Positions 20,224-29,683 of a DNA stretch of 64,000 nt are shown in pieces. The notes under the pieces were generated by a model that saw only the letters and a program-made list of their open reading frames with translations, made no database searches and was not told where the DNA came from. Both the position numbers and the translations under genes were made by a program. Position 1 is the stretch's first letter. Each line of letters begins with the position of its first letter. Location: contig CAVOXF010000003.1 in assembly GCA_963700375.1 (NCBI GenBank), positions 13,079-77,078 of the forward strand, given 5' to 3'. This DNA comes from an uncultured Actinomycetota bacterium. Its GTDB lineage: Bacteria > Actinomycetota > Acidimicrobiia > Spongiisociales > UBA5794.

Positions 20224-21462
20224 CTAGTAGGTGAATGGCCACGACTTCCAGTAGTTGCGGATCCGGATCCAGATCCCGTACAGGCCGAGCGGTTCGAAGA
20301 TCAGGAATCCGATGAGGAGCAGTCCATAGAGCAGAAGATTGAACTGCCCGACATTGAGGCCGGGCGACGTGCCCGGGAGCGTGGAGACGATGCCGAAATC
20401 ACCGTTGCTCGTTGAGACGAAGACGCCGGCGATCGAAGCGGGTAGACCGCTCCCCGTCTCAGCGGTCGACGCAAGCAGGCCGGTGAAGTCCTGAACGAGA
20501 CGCGGAAGGACGACCACGAACGCCGCGCCGAGGAGGGTCCCGGTGACGGTTCCGATGCCGCCGATGAGCAGGATGGCCACGAACTCGACAGACATGATCA
20601 GGGAGAAGCCCTCGGGTACGAGGCGCCCGACGAACGCACCGAGGACAGCCCCGGCCACGCCGGCGAATGCAGACGAGAGGGCGAAGGCCATCAGTTTGTA
20701 GCGTGCGTCGGCGACGCCCATCACCTCGGCGGCGATGTCCCGGTCCCGGATCGACATGAACGCCCGGCCCACGCGGGTTCGCTGAATGTTCTTCGCGACG
20801 ATCACCGCGAGCACCACGAGCACCAGCAGCAGCAGGTAGGTCTTCGCCTCGCCCGTCATCTCAACGCCGAACCATGGTCCGTCTGCGGTGGGGTCGAGCA
20901 GGGGGACCTCTTCCTTCCACAGCCGGATCTCGAAGCCCGGGAACTTGCGCCCGGCCTGCGCGCCACCGGTGACTGACGGAAGGCTGCGGAAGATCCATTC
21001 GCCGATGAAGACAAGTCCAAGCGTGACGATGGCGAGATAGATGCCGCGGACCCGAACCGCCGTGGGGGCGATGAGCGCCCCGACTGCGGCGGCGACCGCC
21101 CCGGCGGCCGGTAGCCAGATCCATATCGGGAGGCCGAGGCCCCAGTGCGAAGCGCCCGTCTCTCCCCCGAGGATCGCCGCCGTGTAGGCGCCGATGGCCA
21201 CGAAGAAGGCGTGCCCAAGCGAGACCTGGCCGGCGAGGCCGGAGAGGATGTGGAGCCCGAGTGCTCCGATGGCGAAGATGGCAACGCGGCTGAGAATCTT
21301 CATCCAGTCGTTGTCCGAGAGGAAGCCCAATCCCGGGATGAGACCGAACGGGACGAGGGCGAGCACGGCGAGGAAGATCAGGGCAGTGGTCTTCTGCGTC
21401 CACGTCGGCAGCAACGCCATCTCCGACGAGTAGGTCACGTAGAGGCGGGGTCGATCCCTCAT
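20224..21462 (-). CDS. livM: branched-chain amino acid ABC transporter permease LivM-like
   Basis: polytopic permease; start ATG at 21462 overlapping the upstream permease stop (ATGA). Confidence 0.8.
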   Translation of the reverse strand: MRDRPRLYVTYSSEMALLPTWTQKTTALIFLAVLALVPFGLIPGLGFLSDNDWMKILSRVAIFAIGALGLHILSGLAGQVSLGHAFFVAIGAYTAAILGGETGASHWGLGLPIWIWLPAAGAVAAAVGALIAPTAVRVRGIYLAIVTLGLVFIGEWIFRSLPSVTGGAQAGRKFPGFEIRLWKEEVPLLDPTADGPWFGVEMTGEAKTYLLLLVLVVLAVIVAKNIQRTRVGRAFMSIRDRDIAAEVMGVADARYKLMAFALSSAFAGVAGAVLGAFVGRLVPEGFSLIMSVEFVAILLIGGIGTVTGTLLGAAFVVVLPRLVQDFTGLLASTAETGSGLPASIAGVFVSTSNGDFGIVSTLPGTSPGLNVGQFNLLLYGLLLIGFLIFEPLGLYGIWIRIRNYWKSWPFTY

Positions 21463-22445
21463 ACGCGCCGAATCTCCTCGGTGCCGAACAGTCCGTACGG
21501 ACGGACGAGCAGCACGATGAGCATCACGATGTACGGCATCACTCCGGAGAAGCCGAGTCCGAGGAACGACCAACTCGGCCCGGTGAGGTACGCCCCCGCA
21601 TATGACTCGGCCAGGCCGACGATGAACCCGCCGAGGACCGCCCCGGTGATCGAGTCGAGGCCGCCGATGACGATCGCCGGTAGAGCACGGAACGCGAAGA
21701 ACGCGGTCGTGTTGCCGACCCCGACGGACGACCTGGGGAAGAGGGACGAGAAGATCCCGGCGATCGCGGCGAGACCGGCGCCGATCGCCCATGCCATGGC
21801 GAAGATGCGGCCGGCGCTGATGCCCTGAGCCATCGCCGCCTCCTGATCGAAGGCCGTGGCGCGCATCGCGATCCCGTATCGAGACCGGAAGAACAGAGCG
21901 ATCCCGACGAGGCAGATGATGGTGACGATCACGGTCGCAACCTCGGACTTGGCGATGATCGCCGGGCCCACGTTGATGACGTCCGCACCCCACGGGTCGC
22001 CAAGCGGTCTCGGGTTGGCACCAATGAGGTCGTCGGTGATCGTGCGGATCACGATGTCGAGCGCGATCGTGATCATCACCACCGAGAACAGCGGTTCACC
22101 GATCATCGGACGGATCGCCAGGCGCTCGAGCACGAGGCCCACAACGGCGGTGAGCAGGACCGCGACGAGCGCCGACAGGATCCACTGGATGGTGGTTGGG
22201 GCAAAGGTGACATACCGCCCCGGGAAGTTGATCACGGTTGCGAGGTAGGCGGCGAAGAACGCTCCGAGCGCGGCAATGGCGCCGTGGGCGAAGTTCAGGA
22301 CCTGGGTCGCCTTGTAGATGAGCACCAGGCCGAGCGCGAGCAGCGCGTAGATGGCTCCGAGTGCGATGCCGCTGCTGGTGACGTTGGCGAGTTTCTCGGC
22401 CGCGTCCTGGCCCCCTGCCTGTGCGAAGGTGACAACGACGAGCAT
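21459..22445 (-). CDS. livH: branched-chain amino acid ABC transporter permease LivH-like
   Basis: polytopic permease; start ATG at 22445 (MLVVVTFAQ), one nt overlap with the fadD-like stop. Confidence 0.8.
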   Translation of the reverse strand: MLVVVTFAQAGGQDAAEKLANVTSSGIALGAIYALLALGLVLIYKATQVLNFAHGAIAALGAFFAAYLATVINFPGRYVTFAPTTIQWILSALVAVLLTAVVGLVLERLAIRPMIGEPLFSVVMITIALDIVIRTITDDLIGANPRPLGDPWGADVINVGPAIIAKSEVATVIVTIICLVGIALFFRSRYGIAMRATAFDQEAAMAQGISAGRIFAMAWAIGAGLAAIAGIFSSLFPRSSVGVGNTTAFFAFRALPAIVIGGLDSITGAVLGGFIVGLAESYAGAYLTGPSWSFLGLGFSGVMPYIVMLIVLLVRPYGLFGTEEIRRV

Positions 22446-24361
22446 CACGACTCGTACATCCCGTTGACGAGATCGGAGAACGTGCTTTCCATCGCCCGAC
22501 GCTTGATCTTCTGCGTGGCCGTCAATTCGCCGTCTTCGTGGTCCAACTCTTTCGGGATGAGTCGGAACACCTTGATCTGCTCGACCGTCGCGAATTTCTC
22601 GTTCGTCTCGTTGACGACGCCCTGAATCAGTTCGATCACCTCGGGCTTCTCGGAGAGGTCCCGGTAGGTGGTGTAGGGGATGCTCTTGGAGAGCGCCCAG
22701 CCGCCGACCACGTCGTACTCGATCGCGATGAGCGCGGTGAGGTACTTGCGGCCGTCGCCGATGACCATCGCTTCCTTGACGAACGGCGAGGTCTTGAGGC
22801 TGTTCTCGATCTCCGAGGGTGAGATGTTCTTCCCGCCCGACGTGATGATGATGTGCTTGATCCGGTCGATGATCTTGATATGGGTTCCGTTGACCCACAC
22901 CCCGACGTCGCCGGTCATCAGCCATCCGTCCTCGGTGAACGTCTCAGCAGTCTCCCGGGGCTTGTTCCAGTAGCCGAGGAAGTTGCCGGGGTGCTTGGTC
23001 TGGATCTCGCCGGTCTTGTCGTCGAGGCGGAGGCCGATGCCGGGGTACGGCTCCCCGACGGTTCCCAGGATGGCGCGCCCGCCGAAGTTGAGCGTGGCGA
23101 CGGCGCTGTTCTCGGTCATCCCGTACAACTCGTACAAGGGGACGCCGAATCCCATGAAGAACTCGATGACCTCCGGCGCGATTGGTGCGGCGCTCGTCCC
23201 TGCCCATCGACACCGGCGCAGGCCGACCCGCTCCTTGAGGGCGCGGAACATGATGACGTTGCCGACCCAGTACGCCAGGCGGGTCGGGAGGGTGTAGTCG
23301 CCGCCGTGTTTGGCACGGCTCCGCCCGACGTACGCCGCGATCTTGAACCCAAGGGCGTTGACGAGGCGCTTCACGAACGAGGCGTCATTCGACTTGATGA
23401 GGATCGTGGCGTGGATCTTCTCCCAGATGCGGGGCACAGCGAAGAACAACGTCGGTTGGACCTCCTGGAGATTGATCTGGACGGTCTCGATCGACTCGGC
23501 GAAGTCGAGAATCGCCCCCGAGGAGCACATCGTCCACGTCGACATGATGCGTTCCGCAACGTGGCCGAGCGGGAGGTAGGTGAGAATCAGGTCGCTCGGG
23601 CCAGGAATCTTGCCGTCAGGGGCACGATCCGGGGCGAGGATCAGATTGTCGATGGCGAACGCGGCGTTCGCGTTGGTCAGCATCGCTCCCTTCGGCGGAC
23701 CGGTGGTTCCCGAGGTGTAGACGAGGGTCATGATGTCGTCGGATTCGGCTTCCGCCATCGCGGCGGCGACGCTGTTGGGATGCTGTTCGCGGTGGGCCCG
23801 GCCGAGTTCGAGGAAGTCGTCCCAGAAGAGCAGGCGTTCGTCGTCGTAGGAGCGCAGACCGCGGGGTTCCAGGTAGATGATCTTCGTGACGTTCGGGAAC
23901 GCCTCACGCCCGGGTTCGACGATCTTGTCGACCTGCTCCTGATCCTCAGCAAGGTGGACGCGGGCTCCGCAGTCGTTGACCAGATACTGCACCTCGGCAG
24001 TCGGGTTGGTCGGGTACAGGCCGGTCGACATAGCGCGGATCGCGATGGCGGCAAGGTCGAAGATCACCCATTCCGGCCGGTCTTCGGAGTGGATGGACAC
24101 AACGTCGCCATGGCGAACGCCGAGTGCGAGCAGGCCGTGAGACACGAGAACGATCTCTTCCCAGAGTTCGGCCCAGGTCCGCTGCTGCCAGATCCCGAGG
24201 CGCTTCTCGCGCATCGCGACCCCATCCGGAGAGGAAAGAGACCGCTCACGGACCATGAGAGCAACAGTGCGACATGCGTCGGATAGGTCGGGTCTCCCCG
24301 CCTGTTCGAGCGTGGTCGTCACGGCCCCATCGCCTCCAGTCCTCCGGCCCCAACGCCACAA
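22445..24361 (-). CDS. long-chain fatty-acid--CoA ligase (AMP-dependent synthetase, FadD family)
   Basis: AMP-binding motif YTSGTTGPPKGAM, TGD motif, C-terminal ...GKNISPSEIE; start uncertain (24361 ATG or internal). Confidence 0.8.
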   Translation of the reverse strand: MWRWGRRTGGDGAVTTTLEQAGRPDLSDACRTVALMVRERSLSSPDGVAMREKRLGIWQQRTWAELWEEIVLVSHGLLALGVRHGDVVSIHSEDRPEWVIFDLAAIAIRAMSTGLYPTNPTAEVQYLVNDCGARVHLAEDQEQVDKIVEPGREAFPNVTKIIYLEPRGLRSYDDERLLFWDDFLELGRAHREQHPNSVAAAMAEAESDDIMTLVYTSGTTGPPKGAMLTNANAAFAIDNLILAPDRAPDGKIPGPSDLILTYLPLGHVAERIMSTWTMCSSGAILDFAESIETVQINLQEVQPTLFFAVPRIWEKIHATILIKSNDASFVKRLVNALGFKIAAYVGRSRAKHGGDYTLPTRLAYWVGNVIMFRALKERVGLRRCRWAGTSAAPIAPEVIEFFMGFGVPLYELYGMTENSAVATLNFGGRAILGTVGEPYPGIGLRLDDKTGEIQTKHPGNFLGYWNKPRETAETFTEDGWLMTGDVGVWVNGTHIKIIDRIKHIIITSGGKNISPSEIENSLKTSPFVKEAMVIGDGRKYLTALIAIEYDVVGGWALSKSIPYTTYRDLSEKPEVIELIQGVVNETNEKFATVEQIKVFRLIPKELDHEDGELTATQKIKRRAMESTFSDLVNGMYES

Positions 24362-24396
24362 TAGAGGCTTGACCTGCCGCCTGCTGGAAACCCCAC

Positions 24397-24526
24397 GCTG
24401 CGAACCCAGGGTTCTCCGCTTTCTATTTGGCGCCGACAGCCCACAGAATGAACCGGGCCGCTGTGGCCTTCCATTCCGCGGGCTGTCGGCGTCACATACG
24501 ATGTGGAGAACCCTGGGTTCGCAGCG
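24397..24526. repeat. structured intergenic repeat family 1, copy 2
   Basis: same 21-bp terminal inverted repeats and inner stem as 7029..7160; abuts the stop codon of the HEAT-repeat gene and lies about 35 bp upstream of the fadD-like ORF start. Confidence 0.8.
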
Positions 24527-24934
24527 CTAGCCGGGCTGGCGTCCGACGACCATCTCCGCCGCCTCGCGGACCGACGGATTCCGATCTCGCGCCGCCGCCC
24601 GGATCGCCGGCTCAACGGCCGGATCGTCGAAGACGGTCAGAGCCACCACCGCCCGCCGCCGAACCTGGGGAGGGGCTTTGGCGACCAGTTCGAGCAGCGC
24701 AGAGAGGGCCGCGTCATCCCCGATTGCGCCCAGCGCGGCAACGGCCGCCTCGCGACCGGAGCGGTCGCCGTCGCCGGTCGCCACGTCGATGAGCCAAGGG
24801 ACCGCCGACTCGGCGCGGAGTTCGCCGTAGGCGGTGGCAATCGATTCGACCACGCGGGGATCATCGTCGGACCGGGCCAGGTCCAAGTCCGGAATCACCG
24901 CTCTACCCGCTCCCCCAAGCGCTTCGGCGGCCAT
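24527..24934 (-). CDS. HEAT repeat domain-containing protein (N-terminus unresolved)
   Basis: repeated ...AVEAL..IGD..A...L... HEAT-like units; only ATG at 24934; frame remains open with coding-like GC3 up to ~25147, see findings. Confidence 0.5.
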   Translation of the reverse strand: MAAEALGGAGRAVIPDLDLARSDDDPRVVESIATAYGELRAESAVPWLIDVATGDGDRSGREAAVAALGAIGDDAALSALLELVAKAPPQVRRRAVVALTVFDDPAVEPAIRAAARDRNPSVREAAEMVVGRQPG

Positions 24935-25124
24935 CGCACGCGCCGCGCCGTCGTGATCCGTGGCGAGGCGTCGGCTGATCGCTGCGATCGATTCGTCAGT
25001 CAGGCCCGAAGCGATGCAGACGGAGATGGCGAGGCGGCGCAGGGCGGCATCGCCGTGATCGAGGAACGGGATCGGGTCATCGAGGAGGCGAACCAGCGCC
25101 TCGCGATCGGCGGACGTTGCGGTA

Positions 25125-25580
25125 TCAGTAGTGATGAAGATCCTCCCTCACCCACTCGGCTCCGCCCGGCCAGTGCTCCTTCTTCCAGATCGGAGCCCGC
25201 GCCTTGATCTCGTCGATCAAGTAGCGCCCTGCGGGAAACGCGTCACTCCGGTGAGGCGTTGACACCGCAACGGCCACCGAGATCTCGCCGACCCGCAACT
25301 CCCCGACCCGGTGGATCGCTGCGACCTTGCTGACCGGCCAGCGCTCGCGGACCTCGGCGACGACTTCGGCGATCTTGTCGATGACCTGCTCGTCGTACGA
25401 CTCGTATTCGAGATGGGTCACCCCCGTCCGGCCCGGCGAGTGGTCCCTCACCGTTCCCACGAACAGCACGACCGCTCCCGCATCGGGGGAGGAAACGGCC
25501 GCTACAACGTCGCCCGGATCCACCGGATCGGCGGACACAGCGATCAGATCGGACTGCTGGGATAGGTGGTCTGAGGGCAT
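25125..25580 (-). CDS. moaE: molybdopterin synthase catalytic subunit MoaE
   Basis: 151-aa product with conserved IHRVGELRVGE...YLIDEIKARAPIWKKE motifs; ATG at 25580; the upstream part of the 322-aa track ORF is junk. Confidence 0.8.
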   Translation of the reverse strand: MPSDHLSQQSDLIAVSADPVDPGDVVAAVSSPDAGAVVLFVGTVRDHSPGRTGVTHLEYESYDEQVIDKIAEVVAEVRERWPVSKVAAIHRVGELRVGEISVAVAVSTPHRSDAFPAGRYLIDEIKARAPIWKKEHWPGGAEWVREDLHHY

Positions 25581-25592
25581 ACAATCGGCTCC

Positions 25593-26918
25593 GTGGACGA
25601 CACTACCAATGGAAACACACCATCGGTGCCTGAGCCTGACCCCTCGGATGAGCTCTATCCGCCATACGTGGCATACGTGAGGCCCTGGAGTTCGGAGAAC
25701 GGGCCGACGACACGGCGGTCGCCGGCGCCACCACCGGCCCCTGAGCCGAAGCCGCGCAGCCACATCTCGACCGGCGTGATCGCCTTCCTTGCGGCCGTGG
25801 TCGGCGCCATCGTCGGCATCGCACTGCTCGCGGCGCTTGGCGTCTTCTCGGATGATCCCGTCGAGGTTGCGACACCGCCGACCACCGCGCCCGCCACCAC
25901 CGTCGTTCGCGACGTCACAACCGAGATCGTCACCATCCCGACCGACCCCGGCGCTCCCGAGGCTGTTGCCGTCAAGGTCGTGCCCTCCGTGGTCACCGTC
26001 CAAGTGGGCGATCTCGAAGCGGACACGCTCACCCTGAGGGGATCGGGGTCCGGCGTGATCCTGGAGAACGGCTACATCGCCACGAACCACCATGTCATTG
26101 ACAACGCATCATTCGCCCGGATCGTCTTGCAGGATGGCCGCACGTACGACACCGAGATCATCGGATCCGATGCGTATACCGACCTCGCCGTGCTCAAGGT
26201 TGACATCGACGGACTCAGACCGATCGAGTTCGGATCCACCGACGATCTCGCCATCGGCCAGATGGCGATTGCCGTCGGCAATCCTCTGGGCCAAGACGGA
26301 GGGGCGTCACTCACCGTCGGTGTGATCTCCGCGTTGTCGCGGACCGTCGACTTCGAGGATGGCACCGGCCTCTACGGCATGCTCCAGACCGACGCGCCGA
26401 TCACCTCCGGCTCGAGCGGCGGCGCGCTTGTCGACGAGATGGGGAGGCTCATTGGGATCACCTCGGCGATCGGCGTCAGCCAGGCCGGCGCCGAAGGCAT
26501 CGGATACGCGATACCCGTCGAACTCGTTGAGCGGATCACCAGTGAGATCATCGAGACCGGAACTGCGAAGCATCCGTTCATCGGCATTTACGGGAACGAC
26601 TACGTCGTGACCGCCGACGACGGAGCGCTGACTCCGAGCGGGGCAGAGATCGCCGAAATCATTGAGGGCGCCTCGCCGGCCGGCGACTCGGGCTTCCTGC
26701 CCGGGGATGCAATCGTCGAGGTCGAGGGCGCCGAGATTAAGACCATGGAGGACCTGATCATCGCACTGCGCCTCTTCCACGTCGGCGAAGAAGTCCAGGT
26801 GACGGTGACCCGCGACGACGTGCCGATCACTGCCACCGTGCTCTTGATCGAGCGCCCGGATGATACGCCGCCCCTGACCAGCGAAGCGGGAGTCGAAGAG
26901 GTCCCCGGTGACGAGTGA
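25593..26918 (+). CDS. htrA: HtrA/DegP-like trypsin-like serine protease with PDZ domain
   Basis: cytoplasmic tail, TM helix, catalytic H (ATNHHV), D, S (GSSGGAL) triad, C-terminal PDZ. Confidence 0.8.
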   Translation: MDDTTNGNTPSVPEPDPSDELYPPYVAYVRPWSSENGPTTRRSPAPPPAPEPKPRSHISTGVIAFLAAVVGAIVGIALLAALGVFSDDPVEVATPPTTAPATTVVRDVTTEIVTIPTDPGAPEAVAVKVVPSVVTVQVGDLEADTLTLRGSGSGVILENGYIATNHHVIDNASFARIVLQDGRTYDTEIIGSDAYTDLAVLKVDIDGLRPIEFGSTDDLAIGQMAIAVGNPLGQDGGASLTVGVISALSRTVDFEDGTGLYGMLQTDAPITSGSSGGALVDEMGRLIGITSAIGVSQAGAEGIGYAIPVELVERITSEIIETGTAKHPFIGIYGNDYVVTADDGALTPSGAEIAEIIEGASPAGDSGFLPGDAIVEVEGAEIKTMEDLIIALRLFHVGEEVQVTVTRDDVPITATVLLIERPDDTPPLTSEAGVEEVPGDE

Positions 26919-28053
26919 CCTCCCTTTCCGTGGCGACGGCGACGACCTGTTTGCTCAGCTGTTTCGTCTCTTCCAGTCGTCGGGACCCGTCAACTGGAAC
27001 CTCGCCAAAGAGCTGACCAAGAACCTCGCCGGAGAACGCGAGCTGATCGAACCGGATCTCGCCGAGGAATACCGCGAACTCGGAACCGTTGCCGAATTGA
27101 GGATTCAGGCGACCTCGGATCTCCCGTCGCCATCGCCCGGAGACCTCAACCCGACCGACCGCACCACCTGGGCGCTCGAGAACCTGAAGACCTTCCGGAT
27201 TCTCGTCGAACCGCTGTCCGACAAACTCTCCGGCGGCTTCGCCGGTCTGCCCGGCGCTGAATCGCTCGGCCAGATGGGCGCAATGCTCCAGCCGCTCGGC
27301 CCGGCGCTGCTCGGGATGCAGGCAGGAACGATGGTTGGTTTCATGTCGCACCGGGTTCTCGGCCAGTTCGATACCGGGATTCCAGCCATCGACCACGATC
27401 AGCCGTACCTCGTGGTCCCCAACGTCGAGGCGTTTGCGTTCGAGGCTGAAGTCGACGTTCGCCAGGTCCGGCTGTGGGCGACCATTCACGAAATGGTGTT
27501 CCAACGCCTGATGGAGATCGAATGGCTGCGCGGACACTTCGTCTCGGTCGTCAACGCGTTCTACGACACCGTCGAGTTCGATGTGTCCGACATCATGGGC
27601 CAAATGGGGGCCCTCAACGACCCCGACCGCATTCGTGACCTCCTCGGCGAGGATGGTGCGTCTGCGCCGGCGCTGCTGAAGGGAACCGCCGACCCCGACC
27701 GCCTTGCAGCAATCCAATCGTGCACGGCGTTCATCGAGGGGTTCGGCGACTTCCTCGTGAGGCGGGCCGGATCGGACCTCCTCCCGGATCTCGATCGCAT
27801 CGAGAGCGCAAACGCACGACGGCGGTCCGAACCGGACCAGGCGGAGCAGTACCTCCAGCAGATCGTGGGGCTCGAACTCCAACGGTTCCGAGCCACCGAT
27901 GCCGCCGACTTCTGCCGCGAGGTCGAGCAGCGCTGGGGCGAACCGGCGCTCGACCGCGTCTGGGAGCAGCCGGAGAACCTGCCGACCCTGCCAGAACTCA
28001 CCGACCCCGTCGGCTGGGCCGCCCGCGTGATGATGGATCAATTCGATCTCTAG
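26908..28053 (+). CDS. zincin-like metallopeptidase domain protein (DUF2342 family)
   Basis: family-level resemblance (WATIHEMVFQ region); overlaps the htrA stop by 11 nt; GTG start. Confidence 0.55.
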   Translation: MTSDLPFRGDGDDLFAQLFRLFQSSGPVNWNLAKELTKNLAGERELIEPDLAEEYRELGTVAELRIQATSDLPSPSPGDLNPTDRTTWALENLKTFRILVEPLSDKLSGGFAGLPGAESLGQMGAMLQPLGPALLGMQAGTMVGFMSHRVLGQFDTGIPAIDHDQPYLVVPNVEAFAFEAEVDVRQVRLWATIHEMVFQRLMEIEWLRGHFVSVVNAFYDTVEFDVSDIMGQMGALNDPDRIRDLLGEDGASAPALLKGTADPDRLAAIQSCTAFIEGFGDFLVRRAGSDLLPDLDRIESANARRRSEPDQAEQYLQQIVGLELQRFRATDAADFCREVEQRWGEPALDRVWEQPENLPTLPELTDPVGWAARVMMDQFDL

Positions 28054-28059
28054 GTCGCC

Positions 28060-28195
28060 AGTCGCCAGGTCCCCTGAGGCCAACGGACGGGGGACGCGAA
28101 GGAGCGACAGCGACGACGCAGGTGGGCTTCGGGAGCCCGAGGCTGAAGATGAGGCCGGAAATGGCTCGCGGTTCGCAGCCGGCAGCCGTTCGTTC
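28060..28195. repeat. structured intergenic repeat family 2, copy A
   Basis: shares a roughly 70-nt core (GGGGGACGCG.AGGAGC.ACAGCGACGACGCAGG.GG.CTTC.GGGAGCCCGAGGC...GAAGATGAGGCC) with 42350..42475 and partly with 60100..60205. Confidence 0.6.
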
Positions 28196-28235
28196 TCGCG
28201 CTAGATTCCCGGCAGACTCACCAAGGAGACTCCGC

Positions 28236-28700
28236 ATGGCCGTGAAGATCGGTACGACACCGAAATCGTTCTCTCTCTTGGACCAGGACAAGAACCCCGT
28301 CACCCTCGACGACCTCAGGGGCAAGAAGAGCCTGATCGTCTTCATCCCGTTCCCGTTTACCGGCCACTGCGACAACGAGGCGTGCGCGATCCGGGATCAG
28401 CTCGCGGCACTGAACGACCTTGATGCGAACGTCGTCGTGATCACGTGCCACGCCGTGCCGGTCGCAAAGAAGTGGTCGGATGAGAACGGCTTCACCTTCC
28501 CGGTCCTATCGGACTTCTGGCCGCACGGGCTCGTGGCAACCAGCTTTGGTGCCTTCAACTGGGATGTCGGTGCCGCCAACCGGATGACCTTCGTCCTTGA
28601 CGCCCACGGGGTTGTGCGCACGATCATCGACAGCGGTTCGCTCGGGACACCACGCGAGTTCGAGGAGTACGTCGCCGCTCTCGGCAAGATCGACGAATAG
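28236..28700 (+). CDS. ahpE: AhpE-like 1-Cys peroxiredoxin (AhpC/TSA family)
   Basis: strong resemblance to mycobacterial AhpE (FTGHC peroxidatic Cys, LSDFWPHG, NRMTFVLD); RBS AAGGAGAC 6 nt upstream of ATG 28236. Confidence 0.8.
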   Translation: MAVKIGTTPKSFSLLDQDKNPVTLDDLRGKKSLIVFIPFPFTGHCDNEACAIRDQLAALNDLDANVVVITCHAVPVAKKWSDENGFTFPVLSDFWPHGLVATSFGAFNWDVGAANRMTFVLDAHGVVRTIIDSGSLGTPREFEEYVAALGKIDE

Positions 28701-28710
28701 GGGCATCAGC

Positions 28711-29655
28711 ATGGCGGAGACCGGCGAGGAGCACGAGCGGGAAACGAGCCGCATCCGCACGAACGCGGCGGTTGTGGTTGCGGTTCTGGGGGTGCTGCTC
28801 GCGACGATGGCTGTCGATGCCCTCTGGCTCCACGACCGGATCTTCAACACCGATCACTTCGTCGAGTCGCTGGCTCCACTCCCGCAGGACCCTGCGATTT
28901 CAACGGCAATCGCCGCCAAGACCGTCGAGGTTCTCGGATCCGGCGGCGCGGCCGAGTCCAAGGTCGCCGAGGTACTCCCAGACCGTCTCGCGTTCCTCGC
29001 TCCGCGGGTCATGGGCCTCGTCGAGGAGCAGGTCTTCGAAGCAACCCAGGGACTCGTCGCATCGGATGCGTTCGCTACGGTCTGGACCAAGGGACTCGAA
29101 CTGCTGCACTCGCGGATCATCGGCATCCTCGAGGGTGACCCGGCCCAGCCGAAAGAAGGCGGCATCGGGATCGCCCTCGAAGGAACGGCCGGACTCGTTC
29201 AAGCTGAACTCGACAGGCGGGGTATCGACCTGTTTGCCGATATTGAAACCAAGGCCGTGGAGATCGTTTTCATCCAGGCCGATGTGCTGGCGGGACCGCG
29301 CACGCTCGTGAACGTGTTCCACACCGGCGTGTGGGTGCTGCCGATCGTGGCGCTGATCGTTCTCGGTCTGGCGGTCCTCATCGACAAGGACCGCCTCCGC
29401 CCCATCCAGATCTTCGGATTCGGCCTCGCCATTGCCGAGCTCCTGAGCCTCGCCGGCATCCGGATCTTCGCGGGCTACGCCGGCGGAAAGATCGAGAACG
29501 AGGTCTATCGAGCGGGGGCCGGCGCCGTCTGGGATGCCCTCCTCAACGGCTATCTGGCGATCAGCGCCGTCGTGGGATTCACCGCCCTCGCGATCGGTCT
29601 CGCAGCCTGGTGGTTCCGCCGCCCGGATCCCGACTGCGGGATGGTCGAGGCTTGA
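28711..29655 (+). CDS. hypothetical membrane protein
   Basis: ATG at 28711, N-terminal TM helix and two C-terminal TM helices; no recognisable domain. Confidence 0.4.
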   Translation: MAETGEEHERETSRIRTNAAVVVAVLGVLLATMAVDALWLHDRIFNTDHFVESLAPLPQDPAISTAIAAKTVEVLGSGGAAESKVAEVLPDRLAFLAPRVMGLVEEQVFEATQGLVASDAFATVWTKGLELLHSRIIGILEGDPAQPKEGGIGIALEGTAGLVQAELDRRGIDLFADIETKAVEIVFIQADVLAGPRTLVNVFHTGVWVLPIVALIVLGLAVLIDKDRLRPIQIFGFGLAIAELLSLAGIRIFAGYAGGKIENEVYRAGAGAVWDALLNGYLAISAVVGFTALAIGLAAWWFRRPDPDCGMVEA

Positions 29656-29683
29656 CGCTCCCGAGGCCTGCTAGGCTCGGGCG

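Noticed and set aside
22853-24286. 477-aa plus-strand ORF
   Set aside because: Antisense to the FadD-family ligase gene, whose minus-strand frame carries canonical AMP-binding motifs.
27720-28235. N-terminal 170 aa of ORF 27720..28700, which would extend AhpE upstream through repeat family 2 copy A
   Set aside because: Upstream translation is low-complexity (RRLPREAGRIGPPPGS...) and overlaps the zincin-like gene; a strong RBS (AAGGAGAC) precedes ATG 28236, giving a 154-aa AhpE like the mycobacterial protein.
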